From assembly GCF_036321535.1 (NCBI RefSeq), contig NC_087436.1:77254001-77318000 (forward strand): 64,000 nt of DNA. Reading direction: 5' to 3'. The number at the start of each line of letters is the position of its first letter. Positions within the stretch are counted from its first letter, which is position 1. Source of the stretch: Camelus dromedarius. Lineage: Eukaryota. Both the position numbers and the translations under genes were made by a program. The notes beneath the pieces are model-generated. The model was not told where the DNA came from, did no database searches, and worked only from the letters and a program-made list of their open reading frames with translations. Positions 25,985 through 39,650 of this stretch are shown piece after piece.

Positions 25985-26200
25985 TAGTAGGCCCTGGAGT
26001 CAAGAGTTTTAGATTTATAGTTGAGCTCAGGTATTTACTAGTTTGAGCATTTTGGGAAAATGATGCCTTTCTGTACTTCAGTTTCCTCAGCTGAGGAATG
26101 AGAATGATTGTGGCTCCCAGTCATTGAATTGTGGAATGCTTTAAATGAGATAGAGTATGTGATGTGCTTAGTGAATGCTCGATAAATATTAGTTATTATT
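25985..26200 (+). mobile_element. MIR SINE
   Basis: ggccctggagtcaagag...ctttctgtacttcagtttcctcagctgaggaatgagaatgat...ttaaatgagatagagtatgtgatgtgcttag...ataaatattagttatta. Confidence 0.8.
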
Positions 26201-28999
26201 AAGGCTTTACGTACAAGATTATTGTATAAAGTACAATTCCGGAGGGCTGAAGAAAGGAACTGCTAGGAAAAATTAATATGGTTCTATACTTTTAGTGTAC
26301 AGGTGATGAGAGTGAGGTGACAGCTTATTATAACCGTCTTAACTGTCTAACAAGGTAAATTGGAGAGGTTAGCTTTTAATCTCACGTGGAAATTTGTGCT
26401 GCTGTAACTTACTTTTGCCTAACTTACTTTTGGCTCTATCTGATTTGGATACTTCTTAAAATTTTTCATTTGATAAACTTTCCTTGGTGGAAAATGTACC
26501 ATATTTGTGCATTTTGAAATGCAAGTGATGTGAATAAACAATAAATACTGTTGGAGTTGAAGAACATTATATATGATTTCTCTATTCCTCACCCAAATTT
26601 TGATTCAATTGAAAGAAGATCCTGAAATCAGATAGAATGAGAAAGTGATACTGATTTTCAAATAGATAAATAAATCTATACTAAAAGGATGGCTAAGGAT
26701 AAAAGCAAATGGGCTTGCCTTTGCTATTCTTTTTCCCAGGATAGATCTTGAAACAGCTAGCCCAAGGGAAATTTTGCTCTACAAAGCAGTTTGTTTACCT
26801 AGGATCACTACACCACTTCACACTTAACAGCTGTTTCAGCTCCACCGGGTTGAAAGAAGCAAGAACCACTAACTTGTCCATTTCTGTAGGGAGGAGTAAA
26901 GGGTAGAGCAAAGCAGTTTTCTTAAAAATTAAGAGATTCCAAGTAAATGTAAATGAGGAGAATGCAGGGATGAAACCCTAGGTGCATGCCTATTAAAGTT
27001 GGACAACCTGGCAAGAATGTTGATATTCACTGCAGTTGGGCGAGATTATCATTATTCTGAAGGCTCTAGCCTAAGAAATAACCTAACAAAATAAATACAA
27101 AATATATAAACTCAGAAAGGAAGAATTCAAAGGATCAGTGGTGGACAATGATGTCATTTTTTTCCAAAGTTCAAGAGAACTAATTATGAAAACTACTAAG
27201 TAAGAACACCAAATACCAGATCTTTGACTTATGCCAGAGAATTCCAGGATAAAAAGTTAAATATAAAAATTAATCAACAGTTAGATTTAGGCTGATGAGA
27301 GACAAATCCAGTGGCCATGGTGGCTAATCTCTTCCTCTCTTGGTTGCTTAGCAGAGAGCTGGCTTAGTTCAACAGAATGTCACCGGGGTCCGGAGGCAGC
27401 ACCTTTCTAACAGCCATCCCCTGATGAGGAGGTCCCCACTGATGCAGATCACAGATTTCCCTGACCCTTAGCCTTACAAATATGTGGGGTTACTGACTCA
27501 GGTTTCCTCTCTGCTGGAACGTTGGCCATGTGCACATAGGTGTGAGCTGTGGCTGATGAGAGTTAAGAGCTGGGGATGCTGTGTCTCTCTGCTTATCAGT
27601 TTTCTCTTGATGACTCCCTTTTTTCTGTCTTCATTGTGAACTGTTGGTGGTGTGTGCCCATGACTGGCAACTGGAAAGCAAAAAGGGACATCCATGTTTC
27701 AAGGTGCATGCAGGGACAAGAATCAAAAACCAAAAGTATGCCTTGTATAAAAGTATGAATTGTGCATCACATCAGAAAGGCAGAATGGGTAGATTCAATG
27801 GACTTGGATTGGACACCTGTCCCCTGAAGCCAGTGTGATACCAGAAAGAAAAATTTAACCCTAGAAGGATCAAAGGGAGAAGAGGGAGGAGAATTCTGCT
27901 CCAACAGAATATTTTCCTCAAGGGAAGTGTGTTTAAACTAGAAGAAAAAATGTAACTGAGCTTATTTCACACTGGCGAGATCACACATTTTGCCACCAGT
28001 GAAAATGGGGACTCACAAGATAAGTTACATTCAGTTATAGAGGAAAAAAATTAATGCTTCACTTTTCATGGCTGAATTATATAAAATCCATACTTCAGTT
28101 AAAAGAGAAATTGTTGTTTGTAGCTCTACTTGAGATCATGTTAAGATAATTTATTGAAATTTTAGAAAGTGGGAGTTAGATGATTTTCATATAAGAGAGA
28201 CTTCTGTGCAAATTCATTTTCTTTTGAACAACATTTACTTTTCAACCAAATGCTTAATAAACATGTCTATGACTTTATTTTCCAAAAATAAAATGCGGCC
28301 TAATGGGAGAAGAAAAATGCCAAAATGATTTTCTTAAAGTGTTTTCATAATAATAATAATTTTTCCTTAAACATAAAATAAGTTACATTAATACATCTAA
28401 CTCTAGATGCAGACTGGACAAGTGAAAAACTAGGTTATATAGCCAAGAGGAAATAACATTATGAAATACTCTTACTGATTTACTACATCACCTTTTAAAT
28501 AAAATAAATAGAAACAAATGTCAGGAATGTGCTCTCAAGAATGAGCTTTATGCTTGTGGTATTTCATTCTAGCTCTCAGTATAACCTGCAGGTGAAATGA
28601 AAAGAGGACATTTATTTGTTTCTATAGAAAACAACAGTTTGTTATGTCACCTACTTAATAACATTTCATTATGCCAGCTTATTTCATTTTTGAATCTTTT
28701 TTTTAAAGAAATGATTTTAAACTATAGAAAAGACACAAGAATACTATAGAGAACATCTGTATACCTTTTACCCAGATTCACCTATTATAACCTATCATTT
28801 TTAATGGCACTTCCCAACATTTTTAAATATTGAGTACTTAAACAGAAGTTCATCACACTGGATTGGTGTGTGTGTTTCGTGGGCAGCATCCCTGTTTGCA
28901 GAGAAGGACAGTGTTAGCCAGTCCACACAAGTCCTCTAAGGGGATGGGAGCCAAATTGCCTTTCTCTTGAAATCCTAAGAGGGACCACTCCATTTGTTG

Positions 29000-29630
29000 A
29001 AAGAAGAGTCACTGAGGCTCCCTAAATTCTTATTGAATAAGTTAAAAAACTATAAATAAGTGAAGCTATAAGGTAGTAAAGTAAATCTTAAAAATAGATT
29101 TAAACATTAAAAGTGAGAGACTCATTTTCCAATCTCACTGCCCCTTCTGCAATTAACAATATCTTATAAATCTTTCCAGAAATATTCTGTGATGTACAGA
29201 GATGTATAGCCATCACAATAGCAACTGGCATGCAGTCACAGACATATATAGAAGTTTAAATACACCTGTAAATAGAATGACAGATACAGATTTAGAAATC
29301 CTTTTCCACGCATAATCTAATGGGACTATTTTGTATATACTCTCCTGCAGCTTGCTCTTTCATGTAGCAATATATCTGAGTCAGCTGAATTAGTTGTCTA
29401 GATCTGCCTCAGTCTTTTTAAAAGCTGCATAATATTTAATCGGATGCATAGGCCATATTATTTTAATCCATACCCCAATGATGTGCATTTAATTTTTTTC
29501 CTTTTTACCATTCACTGTTATAAAACTGTCAAACTTCCTTCTCTTTTCTGAGAGTTTTTGTAAAATAATTTCTAGCAGGGTATTTATGCATTTAACTTGT
29601 GATAATAATTGTTGAATCATTTGATAATGG
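29000..29630 (-). mobile_element. Very old L1 (L1ME-like) 3' fragment
   Basis: atgggactattttgtatatactctcctgcagcttgctcttttcatgtagcaatatatc...tagatctgcctcagtctttttaaaagctgcataatattt. Confidence 0.6.
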
Positions 29631-30135
29631 TCATTTGATATTTCTTGTATTTAGAATATTGCATGTTTTCAGAAAATGTCTGTAGATGGAAGGAAGGGAG
29701 GAAAGGAAGCCAGGAAGGCTAGTCTTTTGGGAAGTTTCCTTCATGTAAGTGAAGGAGGAGAGGGACAAGTCAAGATTATGATTGCCTCTACTTACCAGTT
29801 TTCTATTGTGCTCTGTATCTTCATATTTGTGTACTTTTAAAATATTGTGTACTTTTTACTTATTTCAGAGACCAGCTTGAGTGTTGCTTCTTCAGGAAGA
29901 ATATGACAAGTAGAAGTTAAATATTTGTATTGTATGGTCCTGTCATACTCTACACTTCATCACACTTGCATCTCTTTCAATGTCTGTCTCCTTAGATAGA
30001 TAAGAAGAGGCACCATAAGTGTAGAGACCATGTCTCTCTTGTTTGTCAGTGAATTCTCTACTTCACCAGGATGTCAAGGTGTTCAGCATTTGCTAAAAGC
30101 AAAGAGGTGAAGGGAGGAGAGAATTAGAGAGAGTG

Positions 30136-30172
30136 ACACACACACACACACAGAGACAGAGAGAGAGAGAGA
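30136..30172. repeat. Compound (CA)n-(GA)n microsatellite
   Basis: acacacacacacacacagagacagagagagagagag, read directly. Confidence 0.9.
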
Positions 30173-32586
30173 GGCTGTGAGACAGGAAGTAAGAAAGGGA
30201 AGGGGCAATGGATGGAGAGAAAAGGGGATGGAGATAAGAGAGTCATGATGCCGCGAGTTAGAGCTGTAATAGGAGAGAAATATGTAAAAATGAATGCTAA
30301 GAAGGAAAAAATCATAGATACAAGAATCTCAGTATTTCCTGACTTCAGAATCAGGGTAACATTGGGTCATTTTTCAGAAAACCAAAGTAGTTGACCACAG
30401 CTTGGTTTCTGACTGCAGCGTGAAAGCTGTGAGTGTTGGAAGGGCATGGGTCCAGAATAAGAAGGACTGCTGTTCTGAGGACTTGTTTTTCCATTTAAGT
30501 GGTGCAAAGAGAACTGGGAAAGGTATCACCGTCAGGGTGAAATACCTGCTTTCTGCAACCTAATGCTGTGGGAATAGAAATACAATTACGATCATGAATC
30601 CATCTTGGTGGGGGCAGCTTGAAATTGCATTGGACTAGAAGCTCATGTAATGTCACAATGGGAAGGTTATGTGAGGTAGTTTTACTTATTTTTATCTTAC
30701 TGTAATGTGGTAGAGACATTTATAAGACATTTGTTAGCTGAAATTTCTTTTTGAATCTACTACATTATAATTATATATCTCTATATCCATACTTCTATAT
30801 ATCTATATATATATACATACAAAATATTTATATAATTATAATGCATGGAGAAATTCACATTAAAGAATAAACCATCTTAAATTTTATATCATTCACATTT
30901 AAGTGTATCATTAAACCTAAATAATTAGGAAATAGATTATTCAACTTAAAAGCTTCTTGCTTTTTCTATTTCACACTCTCCTTTCTGGGCCACGTGTCTG
31001 TTTTCACCAACATTGGAAAATGGGTTCTTGAAAGGAGAGTAAATGAAATATCTAAATAATTAATAGCAGATTGCACACTTTTTAAACTCATGTTACTTAT
31101 CAATATTCTCACACTTATCAATCTGCCTGACTGATTCTAATAATAAGAGAGGGTGGGATTCAAATGATACTTCAAAAGGAGGTTGTGTTAACATATGGAA
31201 CATGCCTCACTTGGGTTTCCTTTCCATTTATTGGAGTTAAATCAACAGGAGGCTGTTGCTGCTCATACCTTGAAGACGCAACTGGCAGAAAGTAGAGCTC
31301 ATGGAAAAGTTTCCTTTACGAGGTAGAAAAACATTTTGGCTTCATCCTACATGTACTGCACTCCAAAGTCTATTGCTACTGTTTTCCGAATTACTCACTG
31401 GCTTGATGAATGGCAGTTACAAGTAGTGCCTTTATTGCAATACACAGATGTTGATGTTTTCCACGATTTTCCCGAAGTAAATGGAGGGCTTTCATATCGA
31501 AAAGACTCATTTTGGTTGTAATAAAAGAACCTAGATTTCTACTTTTTTAAGATCCATACACTCCTACATTTTTATTCTTATTTTTTAAAGAGAGTTTATT
31601 TACAGAACCTGTCTTCCTTGGCATTGATAGAAAGCAGATGTTAACCTAATGGGATGAAGCCAGGAGGTTTAATGAGAAATAATAGTTTGAAACAGAATCA
31701 TCATGTTGAGGGTCAGAAATGGGTTAGAATTCTTACATACAGCTGAGTACAGCTAACAGTGTGTGTGTCTGTGTCTGTGTGTGTCTGTGTGTGTATTTGT
31801 GGGGGTGTGTGGCTAGAGGCGGGAGGAGCAGAGAGAGAGAGAGAGGTTGAGAGGGAGTGGCTGATGAAAAGGAGGTGAAAATAAGGAAATGCTGAATGAA
31901 AATATTTCATGATAAAATTCAATTCTACAAATGATTTGGGATTACCTACATTTAAATTTAGTTGTGTATTTGAGGTTCGCATACTGGGTGAGACTTTTAA
32001 AGTAGGGCTTATTACTCAATATAAAGAAATGCATGGATGAATTTCTTGGAAAAGTTTCCCAGGGCTTTTTGTACACCTATATTATTAGCTCTTTGAACAA
32101 CTTACTATGTCCAGAAACTTAAGGTTGTTTTGGGGGGAAAAATGTTTACATTATGTTAAATAACATGACTTTGTAAATCAATAGGACTCCTGCCTTGTGT
32201 ATAATTATTGATCCTAGCAAAACTTTACAGTGAAATCTGAACAATATTCATATTTATTAAAGTACTTTTTTCTGTCATATTATTTAACTGTGTTAAGGAA
32301 TTTTGATAACTTTGTCGTGCTGTTCATGCAAATATTTCCAATGTCAAGAAACTATGTAGTGAGGGAAGGAAGCTATTTGGGGGGATATTCTTTTAGAAAG
32401 GTTTCAAGTTTGGTTTATAGGTTTATTAAAGTGTAAAGATTTTTACTTTTTTAATGTTGGATTGTTTCAACAGGATATTTCTTTAATATCAAATTAGTTT
32501 TAAACAATCCAGAGTAATAAGTGCTAATTTTATTTTCATTTCTTACTTATTTTGGTAGTGGGCCCAAAGTAATAGTGAAATATGAT

Positions 32587-33238
32587 TTTTTAAAGACTAT
32601 TTAAGTTCATAGCAAAATTGAGAGGAAGGTACAGAAATTTCCCATAAATCCCCTTCCTCCACACATGCATAGCTTTTCCCATTATCAACATCCCTCAAGA
32701 GAGTGGTACATTTGTTAAAATTGGTGAACCTACATTGACACATCATGATCATCCAAAGTCCATACTTTGCATTAGGGTTAACTCTTGTTGGTGTACATTC
32801 TGTGGGTTTGGACAAATAGATAATGACATGTATCCATCATTATAGTATCATACAGAGTATTTTCACCCTGCTAAGAATCCTCTGTGCTCTTCCTGTTCAT
32901 CACTACTCCCCCTCCCCTAACCACTGATCTCCATAGTTTTGCCTCTTCCAGATGTCATATAGTTGATGTCATACGGTATGCATCCTTTTCAGACTGGCTT
33001 TTGTCACTTAGTAATATGCATTTGAGCTTCTTCCAAGTCTTTTCATGGCTTGATAGTTCATTTCTTTTTAGCAGCGAGCAGTATGTCATAGTTCATTTAT
33101 CCATTCACCTATCAAAGGATATCTTTGTTGCTTCCAAGTTTTGGCAATTATGAATAAAGCTGCTATAAGCATCTATATGCAGGTTTTTCTATGGACTTAA
33201 GTATTCAACTCCTTTGAGTAAATATCAAGGAGTGCTAT
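32587..33238 (-). mobile_element. L1MC1-like 3' UTR fragment
   Basis: aagttcatagcaaaattgagaggaaggtacagaaatttccca...gagtggtacatttgttaaaattggtgaacctacattgacacatcat...tgaataaagctgctataagcatc. Confidence 0.85.
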
Positions 33239-33988
33239 AATGATTTTATAATGGTGATTTTAATGTTTACAACTTTCCCTGTTTTTTGTTTCTATGGCAT
33301 TAGTGGAATTTTTGTAATTTCTATTTTATGTATAACAATATTTTTTGGTAGCTTTCCATTGATACCTAACCTGTCCATATATTTTCCTACTTGTGTGCTA
33401 TATTCTGTGAGTTTTTGTGATCATATCTTTGTGCCTACTAATGAATTGTCTGGTAAAATAATGACTTTGTAAGAATAGTCCATAAATGACCTTTAAAATG
33501 ATAAACTGAAAAGAAGTAAAAAATTTTAAACTGTGCTTGAACAAACCAAATGCAGCTTAGTAATTATATCCTTCTTTGAATCATATCTGGCCACCATTTT
33601 ACCTGTAGGAAATTTCTGAAAACTTTTAAAAAGACTGAATTATACTCATTAATATCTATGAATTTTCAGATAATTTGCATATGTTTAAGTCTTTATATTT
33701 TATAAAGTAGTTCTAAGTAATTTATTAATTGAAAATATTTCAGTTCCCCTTTGTCACACCTCTTTCTAATCACATTAACAACTTCTTTAACTTAATAGAA
33801 GCTCTAATAAAAATAAATAACATCAGCAAGATACAGAGGCAAGTGAGAGTCTGCTGTCCAATCACAGAAGACATTACACTGATTTCACAGGAATGAATAT
33901 CCCTGAATTTATCTGAACAGCCAAGCCACTCAAGCTGGACGTAGTACTGAAGTAGTAAGAAGATGCACGTTTAAGGAAAAGAGAGCAA

Positions 33989-35156
33989 TTTTTCCAGCTT
34001 TATTGAGATGTAATTGATAACAGAAAATCATGTATTTAAGTGTACAATATGATGATTTGATATACATATATATTGTGAAATCATTACCACAGTCAAGCTA
34101 ATTAACAAAGCCATCATGTCACACAACTTTTTTTGTGTGTGTGTGAGAACACAAGGTCTTTTCTCTTAGCAAATTTCAAGTATACTATATAGTGCTATTA
34201 ACTACAGTCACCATGCTGTGCTTTAGATCCCCAGAATCTATTCATCTTATAAGTATTCATCTTGTACCCTTTGGACTAATGTCTCTCCATTTCTCCCACC
34301 CACAGCTCCTAGCAATTACTATTCTACTCTGCTTCTGTGAGTCTGACTATTTTAACTAAGATTCCACATACAGGTGAGATCATACAGTACTTGTTTTTTG
34401 GAGTCTAGCTTAGTTCATTTAGTGTAATATTCCATAGGTTCATCCATATTATTGCAAATGGCAGGTTTTCCTTCTTTTTTATGGTTGAATAATGTTTTAT
34501 AATTATATTTTATAGTTGAAATATATATATATACACACACATGCACACACGCACGCACACACGCATGCACACACAAAATGGAATATTAAATTTACCACAT
34601 TTTCTTTATCCACCCATTGGTTGATGAACACCTAGGTTGTTTCCATATCTTGGCTATTGTGCATAATGCTGTAATGAACATGGGAGTGCAAGTATCTCGT
34701 TGAGATCCAGATTTCATTTCTTTTGGCTGTATACCCAGAAGTGGGAATCCTTATTTTTAAGGAATCTCCATACTGTTTTCCATAATGGCTGTACCATTTC
34801 ACCTTCTCATCAACAGTGTACAAGGGTTCCCTTTTCTCCATATCCTCTCCAACACTTAACTTTTTGATAATAGCCATCCTAACAGGTGTGAGGTGATATC
34901 TCATTGTGGTTTTGATTTGCATTTCCTAGTGATTAGTGATGTTGAGCACTTTTTCGTAATATCTGTTGGCCATTTGTATGTTTGTTTTGTAAAAATGTCT
35001 AGTCAAGTCATTTGCCCGTTTTTTGACTAGATTATTTGTGGGGCTTTTTGTTTTGTTTTTTTGTTTGTTTGTTTTTGCTGTTGAATTATTTGAGCTCCTT
35101 GTTTAATTTGGATATGAGCTTCATATTAGATATGTGGTTTGCAAATACCTTCTCCT
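33989..35156 (-). mobile_element. L1MA9-like 3' end (ORF2 C-terminus and 3' UTR) with an internal (TA)/(CA) repeat
   Basis: ORF 34632-34922 begins [21 protein letters not shown], an L1 ORF2 motif. The 3' UTR reads ctttattgagatgtaattga...cttagcaaatttcaagtatac. A degraded TSD is possible: agagcaattttt / agagtaagttct. Confidence 0.9.
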
Positions 35157-37719
35157 GCAAGAGTAAGTTCTAACAAAGCAGTATGGTAATTTAATATTTT
35201 AAAGAGAAATAGCCATTTCTTGTTTTCATCTCCCATTCTATCCTGTGTCTTTCCTATGACACTCATTACATTCTTCCTTATTATAGTAGCTTACTCTTAC
35301 ATCTTCTCTCCTTTACATTTTTAGTTTTCTTAAACTCAGTTGCTAAGCCCAGTGCCTTAATGATAACAGTACAGAATGTATGTTGGTTTAATTAATCAAA
35401 ATAATTTAAAGACCTTTTATCTGAAGGTTTTGTCAGAACAGACCTAAAACTAAAAAGTACCGTGGGACTTTATTCTCAATGCTGTATAATCTACAAAAGT
35501 GATATAAGCTCTTTTCTAAATGTAGACCCATGGTTTGTGTTCAGTGATATTTATAAAGGCATTTTATACCCAGTTTGCTATCTTAAATCTTGTGATTAGC
35601 CCAGAAACTTGCGGGCGGGAGGGTTTCATCAGTCGTGGTTCAATTGCTCTGGGTGGCCTAAAGCCATTATGTCATTATCAGCTGCAGGATGAGCTGGTCA
35701 CACTGTTTGCAGTTTCCCTAAGTTGTTCTATCAGCTGTCCAGAAGTAAATGCAAATAAACGGGTTCCAAACCCCTTTAGAGCACACTGTAAATCTTTGTA
35801 ACTTCATGGCCAAATGGTAAACCGCAGGACCACATGACTCAATTCCCTCGAGACAGTCGTGTTTTTCCTGTCAGACTTTTCTTCCCTCATTCATCAGCTG
35901 GAGGCTTTCATCTCCTTTTAAAGTCATGGCCTTTCAAGTAGGGGTGAAATTACACCTGTCAGTAATAAATGGGCAAAGTACTCTCTATCATTCTGCCATT
36001 TCACAGAAGATATTAAAAGGGAGCATAGTTTATTCCATATTCAGTTACCAACACTTTTTTCCCTTTCTCCACAGTACTCTTAAATACCTTCCAGTTATGT
36101 GATTGTTGAGCGAATTTAAAACATTCTCACCTAAGACAGTTTTAAAAATACTCCTCTAAATCGGGGGCTGATATGGGAACATTGAGGAAATTAGCTTCCA
36201 TGTGGGCTATACATAATATTCAGTAACTGCATTCAACTTATTTGACAGAAAGATTTAACTGTATACGTAATCTACAACGGCAATCTAAATGTGCCCCTTA
36301 GCACACTTGTTCTGTTTGTTTTTGCTGCGTTACCCTCTGATAGCTTTGTGGTTGCCTGTAATTCCATACGGCAGGTGCACCTGGACAGCCACCGTTTTAT
36401 TTACATAGAGAACAAAGTTAATGTTTTATCAAATGCGGGTCACACCTGGGTTGGGACATTAGTAGGAAGCAGGGTTCAAATCAAAATTGCAACTTGCTTT
36501 TAGCCTGATATTTGAACTCCATTGAACAAACTCTCTTGAGTTCTCTTGAAAGTTTTGAGGACTTGGTCTCTTAATTCCCCATTTACCGAAGGATGAAAGG
36601 GAAGCCGGAAGACTGAATACGTTATTTGTAGCGCCACCACTTTCTACAGTGGGTCTTGACTTAAGCAATGAAAATAAATAAACTGCGTCATGACTGCCCA
36701 TACTGTACACCCCATGTCCCAGGTAGAGAATTTGTAAAATACGAATGTATTTGGCCTGATGTACATGAGTGTGAGGAAAATTTTTTTGATCGATGTCCTA
36801 AAACTGAGCTAGATGAATGAATGACTATTGTGAACTTTACAAATAATGGTCATGCTCTAGAGGGTTTTGGTGGTGGTTGTTGTTGTCAGCCCTCAAGGAG
36901 AGAGTGTGTCAGTTGTTTTTAGATTAGTGATACAGTGAAGAATACATGAATACTGTTAGCCACCCACCATTATTAGCGAAATATTAAATTTTATTTTTCC
37001 AGAACGTAAACGAAATATGTAATTCTTCTGTTTCAATACCCTGCTTCTTACCCTGTGTCCCCAAGGAGAAAAATAACATAGTAAACTAAAAAATAGAGCC
37101 TAAAACTTGGTGAAAAGGGTGGGTTAACTCAGCTTGTTGCTGAAGAATTTATCTCAAAAGCATAATGCAAATTTAATTTCTCTGGAAATGATTACACTAG
37201 ACTTTGATGACAAAAACCCTAAAGTATATATTTTAAGCCTTATCAACTATTATCCTTATTTATAGAAACAACATCAACCATATATAAGGCTGAAAATGAA
37301 TTACTATTATTTAATATTATGTTTTGTGGAATCTCTATATTGATATAAATAATTTGTGAAAATTGAGTTATCCCTATTTCTGCACCCAACTCAATGTTAT
37401 ACTAAATAATTTTCTTATTATTTCTTATATTACTAAATAATATACTAAATACTGTAATGGCTTACAGTATTCTAATATTGTTTCCACTTAATAGAGGTTG
37501 AACAATGCTCTCAATCCTCTGCGTTAAGTACAAAATGCCTCTGTACACCCCAGATCCTAAACCTGTAGCCTTGGGCTCTCCCTCCAAGTCTTCTTCCATT
37601 TAATACATGGTTCTTAAGAAGCTTGTTTCTCTGTTTTATTCACCTTTAGAAGATAAGAATTACCAAACTAAAATAATTAAATACAATAGTGAGAAAGGAG
37701 AAACTAACAGCCAAGGAGA

Positions 37720-37925
37720 GAAAGGAAAATAACAATGGTTTGCTGAACCTGTTATTAGGCTCTTCACATGCACGATCACATTTAATACCCATAACCTTAC
37801 ATGAAGTACATTACCTGTTTCACAATTGAGTAGGCTAAGATGTAGAGCAGAAGGCATGCAGTTTTTCTCAAGGCTAGTAAGCAACAGAATTGGGATATTC
37901 ACTCAGGATATCTTACCTTAAGCCA
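37720..37925 (-). mobile_element. MIR SINE
   Basis: ttaggctcttcacatgcacgatcacatttaatacccataaccttacatgaagtac...tttcacaattgagtaggctaagatgtagag. Confidence 0.7.
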
Positions 37926-39430
37926 GTGAGGAATGTTCAGAAAGATGACATAAGTCGCTTCTATTGTCAGAACCAAGAAGTAGAGAATTCATTCAAGAAG
38001 ACTAGTAGAAATGGTTAAAATATACAGAGCTTTGAAGTCATTGGCATCATGTCTTTTGTGGAACCTCTCATTTTCTAAGGATAATTAATACATTATTTTA
38101 CATATTTTTGTTGTAACTCTAAAACTGATGTGGCAGCTACAGTGTCTCAAACAAATTTGAATCAGTTCATTAAACTCAATTCATTGTAATCCCAAATTAC
38201 ATAATTTCCTCTGTTCTCTCCAAAATTAGGTCACATACATAATGCCATTCAGAACAAAGAGAAGCACTTATCTGCTGCCCCATTTCAGGTGGCTTTTATG
38301 TTTGACTGTTATGCACTCATACCACATAGTGGTATGTTACAAAACGCAATCCATGCATTACTTGCATGAGAATCAGCTATGTTGCTTTTGTAGAACGCCG
38401 AATTGTGTCATCAGGGGCTGGGGCTTAGGTACATAAAATCTGAAAACTACTGTCTTTTAGTTCATCATCAGTTCCCTTTGTACATAAGATGATGAGGCTT
38501 TGCAACTGACTGCGTTCTACAATCCATCTATACCTGCAAAGACTAGTGCTTGACCAAAACACTGTTGATTGAGACAAAAGTGATTGGGGAAAACAAAATC
38601 TGTCTTCAGTTCATAACTCTGATCGCTCTTGGCCATACTCTCCCCTGTATCTTTGCCAAAAAAAGGTAGGCAGGCACATATTTGATTCATTCTCTGCAAT
38701 TATTTTAAGTTACTGCAATTGTTTCCCAATTAGTTTGGACTTGGGTTTTGTTAATTGATGCTATTGTTCATGGGCCCCTGTATGTTTGTAATTTGTATTC
38801 CATTTTTTTCCCTCTGTATATATAACAAATCATCCATTTACAAGTTAAGTTCATTTCAACAGATTGTTAATGTCAGTTTGCACTGAAATTATGATATTAT
38901 TTCTATCTTAATGGGAAGTTTTTATTAAAATCAACTGCTGTCTTAGAATATTTTAAGTCTCAAAGGAGTGATCAAAACAGGGTGCTCCTGACAGAAGGTG
39001 TCCTAAGAGGTACATTTGTATGACTGACTGATAATGACCTGATCCCAGTAGCTCTATATTTAACAGAGATGACAGACAGTCCATGCCAGTGGTGAGGCAC
39101 TGACTCTAAATTAAAGCACTTCTACTAACAAGGAGATGTTGATATCACAGATACTCTAATTAGAGAAGATGGCTCTGATTTGATGTGTGTGATGGGGAAG
39201 AACCGGGACCAGGTCTTCTGCTGGAAAAGCATGTGTGACATTTGTCCTTGGAAGCCTGGCTGCACTCCTGAAAGGTTAGGAGGCAAAGTTCATTTAGATT
39301 GTTTGACAGGGAAGTTAGGAGATATGGCACAGTTTTTTTTTTTTTTAACTTGAAAGATTAGGTGCTGACAATTTCTAGCAACTTGTCTCTTTTTAAATGT
39401 AGTTAGAAGTCTTAAATTTAAGTGAGTTAG

Positions 39431-39650
39431 GGGCAAATTAGGGGTATGGGATTAAGAGATACAAACTACTGTATCTATAATAGATAGGTAACCAGGATAT
39501 ACTGTATAGCACAGGGAATTATGGCCATTATCTTGTAACAACTTTTAATGGAGTATAATCTGTAAAATACTCAATTGCTATGCTATACACCTGAAACTGA
39601 TAGAATATTAGTTATGTAATATGGTCAACTATACTTCAATGACAAAGAAA
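39431..39650 (+). mobile_element. Short cetartiodactyl L1 3' end (L1_Art-like)
   Basis: ggggtatgggattaagagatacaaactactgtat...atatactgtatagcacagggaa...acacctgaaact...tcaactatacttcaat. Homologous to the element at 10038-10382. Confidence 0.88.

Noticed and set aside
27342..27356. RFX X-box-like ggttgcttagcag (and the half-site ctagcaac at about 51085) in a ciliary gene
   Set aside because: Imperfect matches, deep in an intron and far from any promoter. Such half-sites are expected by chance in 64 kb.
36626..36648. Second possible CTCF site (minus strand agaaagtggtggcgcta)
   Set aside because: Only the 3' half, GGTGGCGCTA, matches. The essential 5' CC..AG positions are absent.
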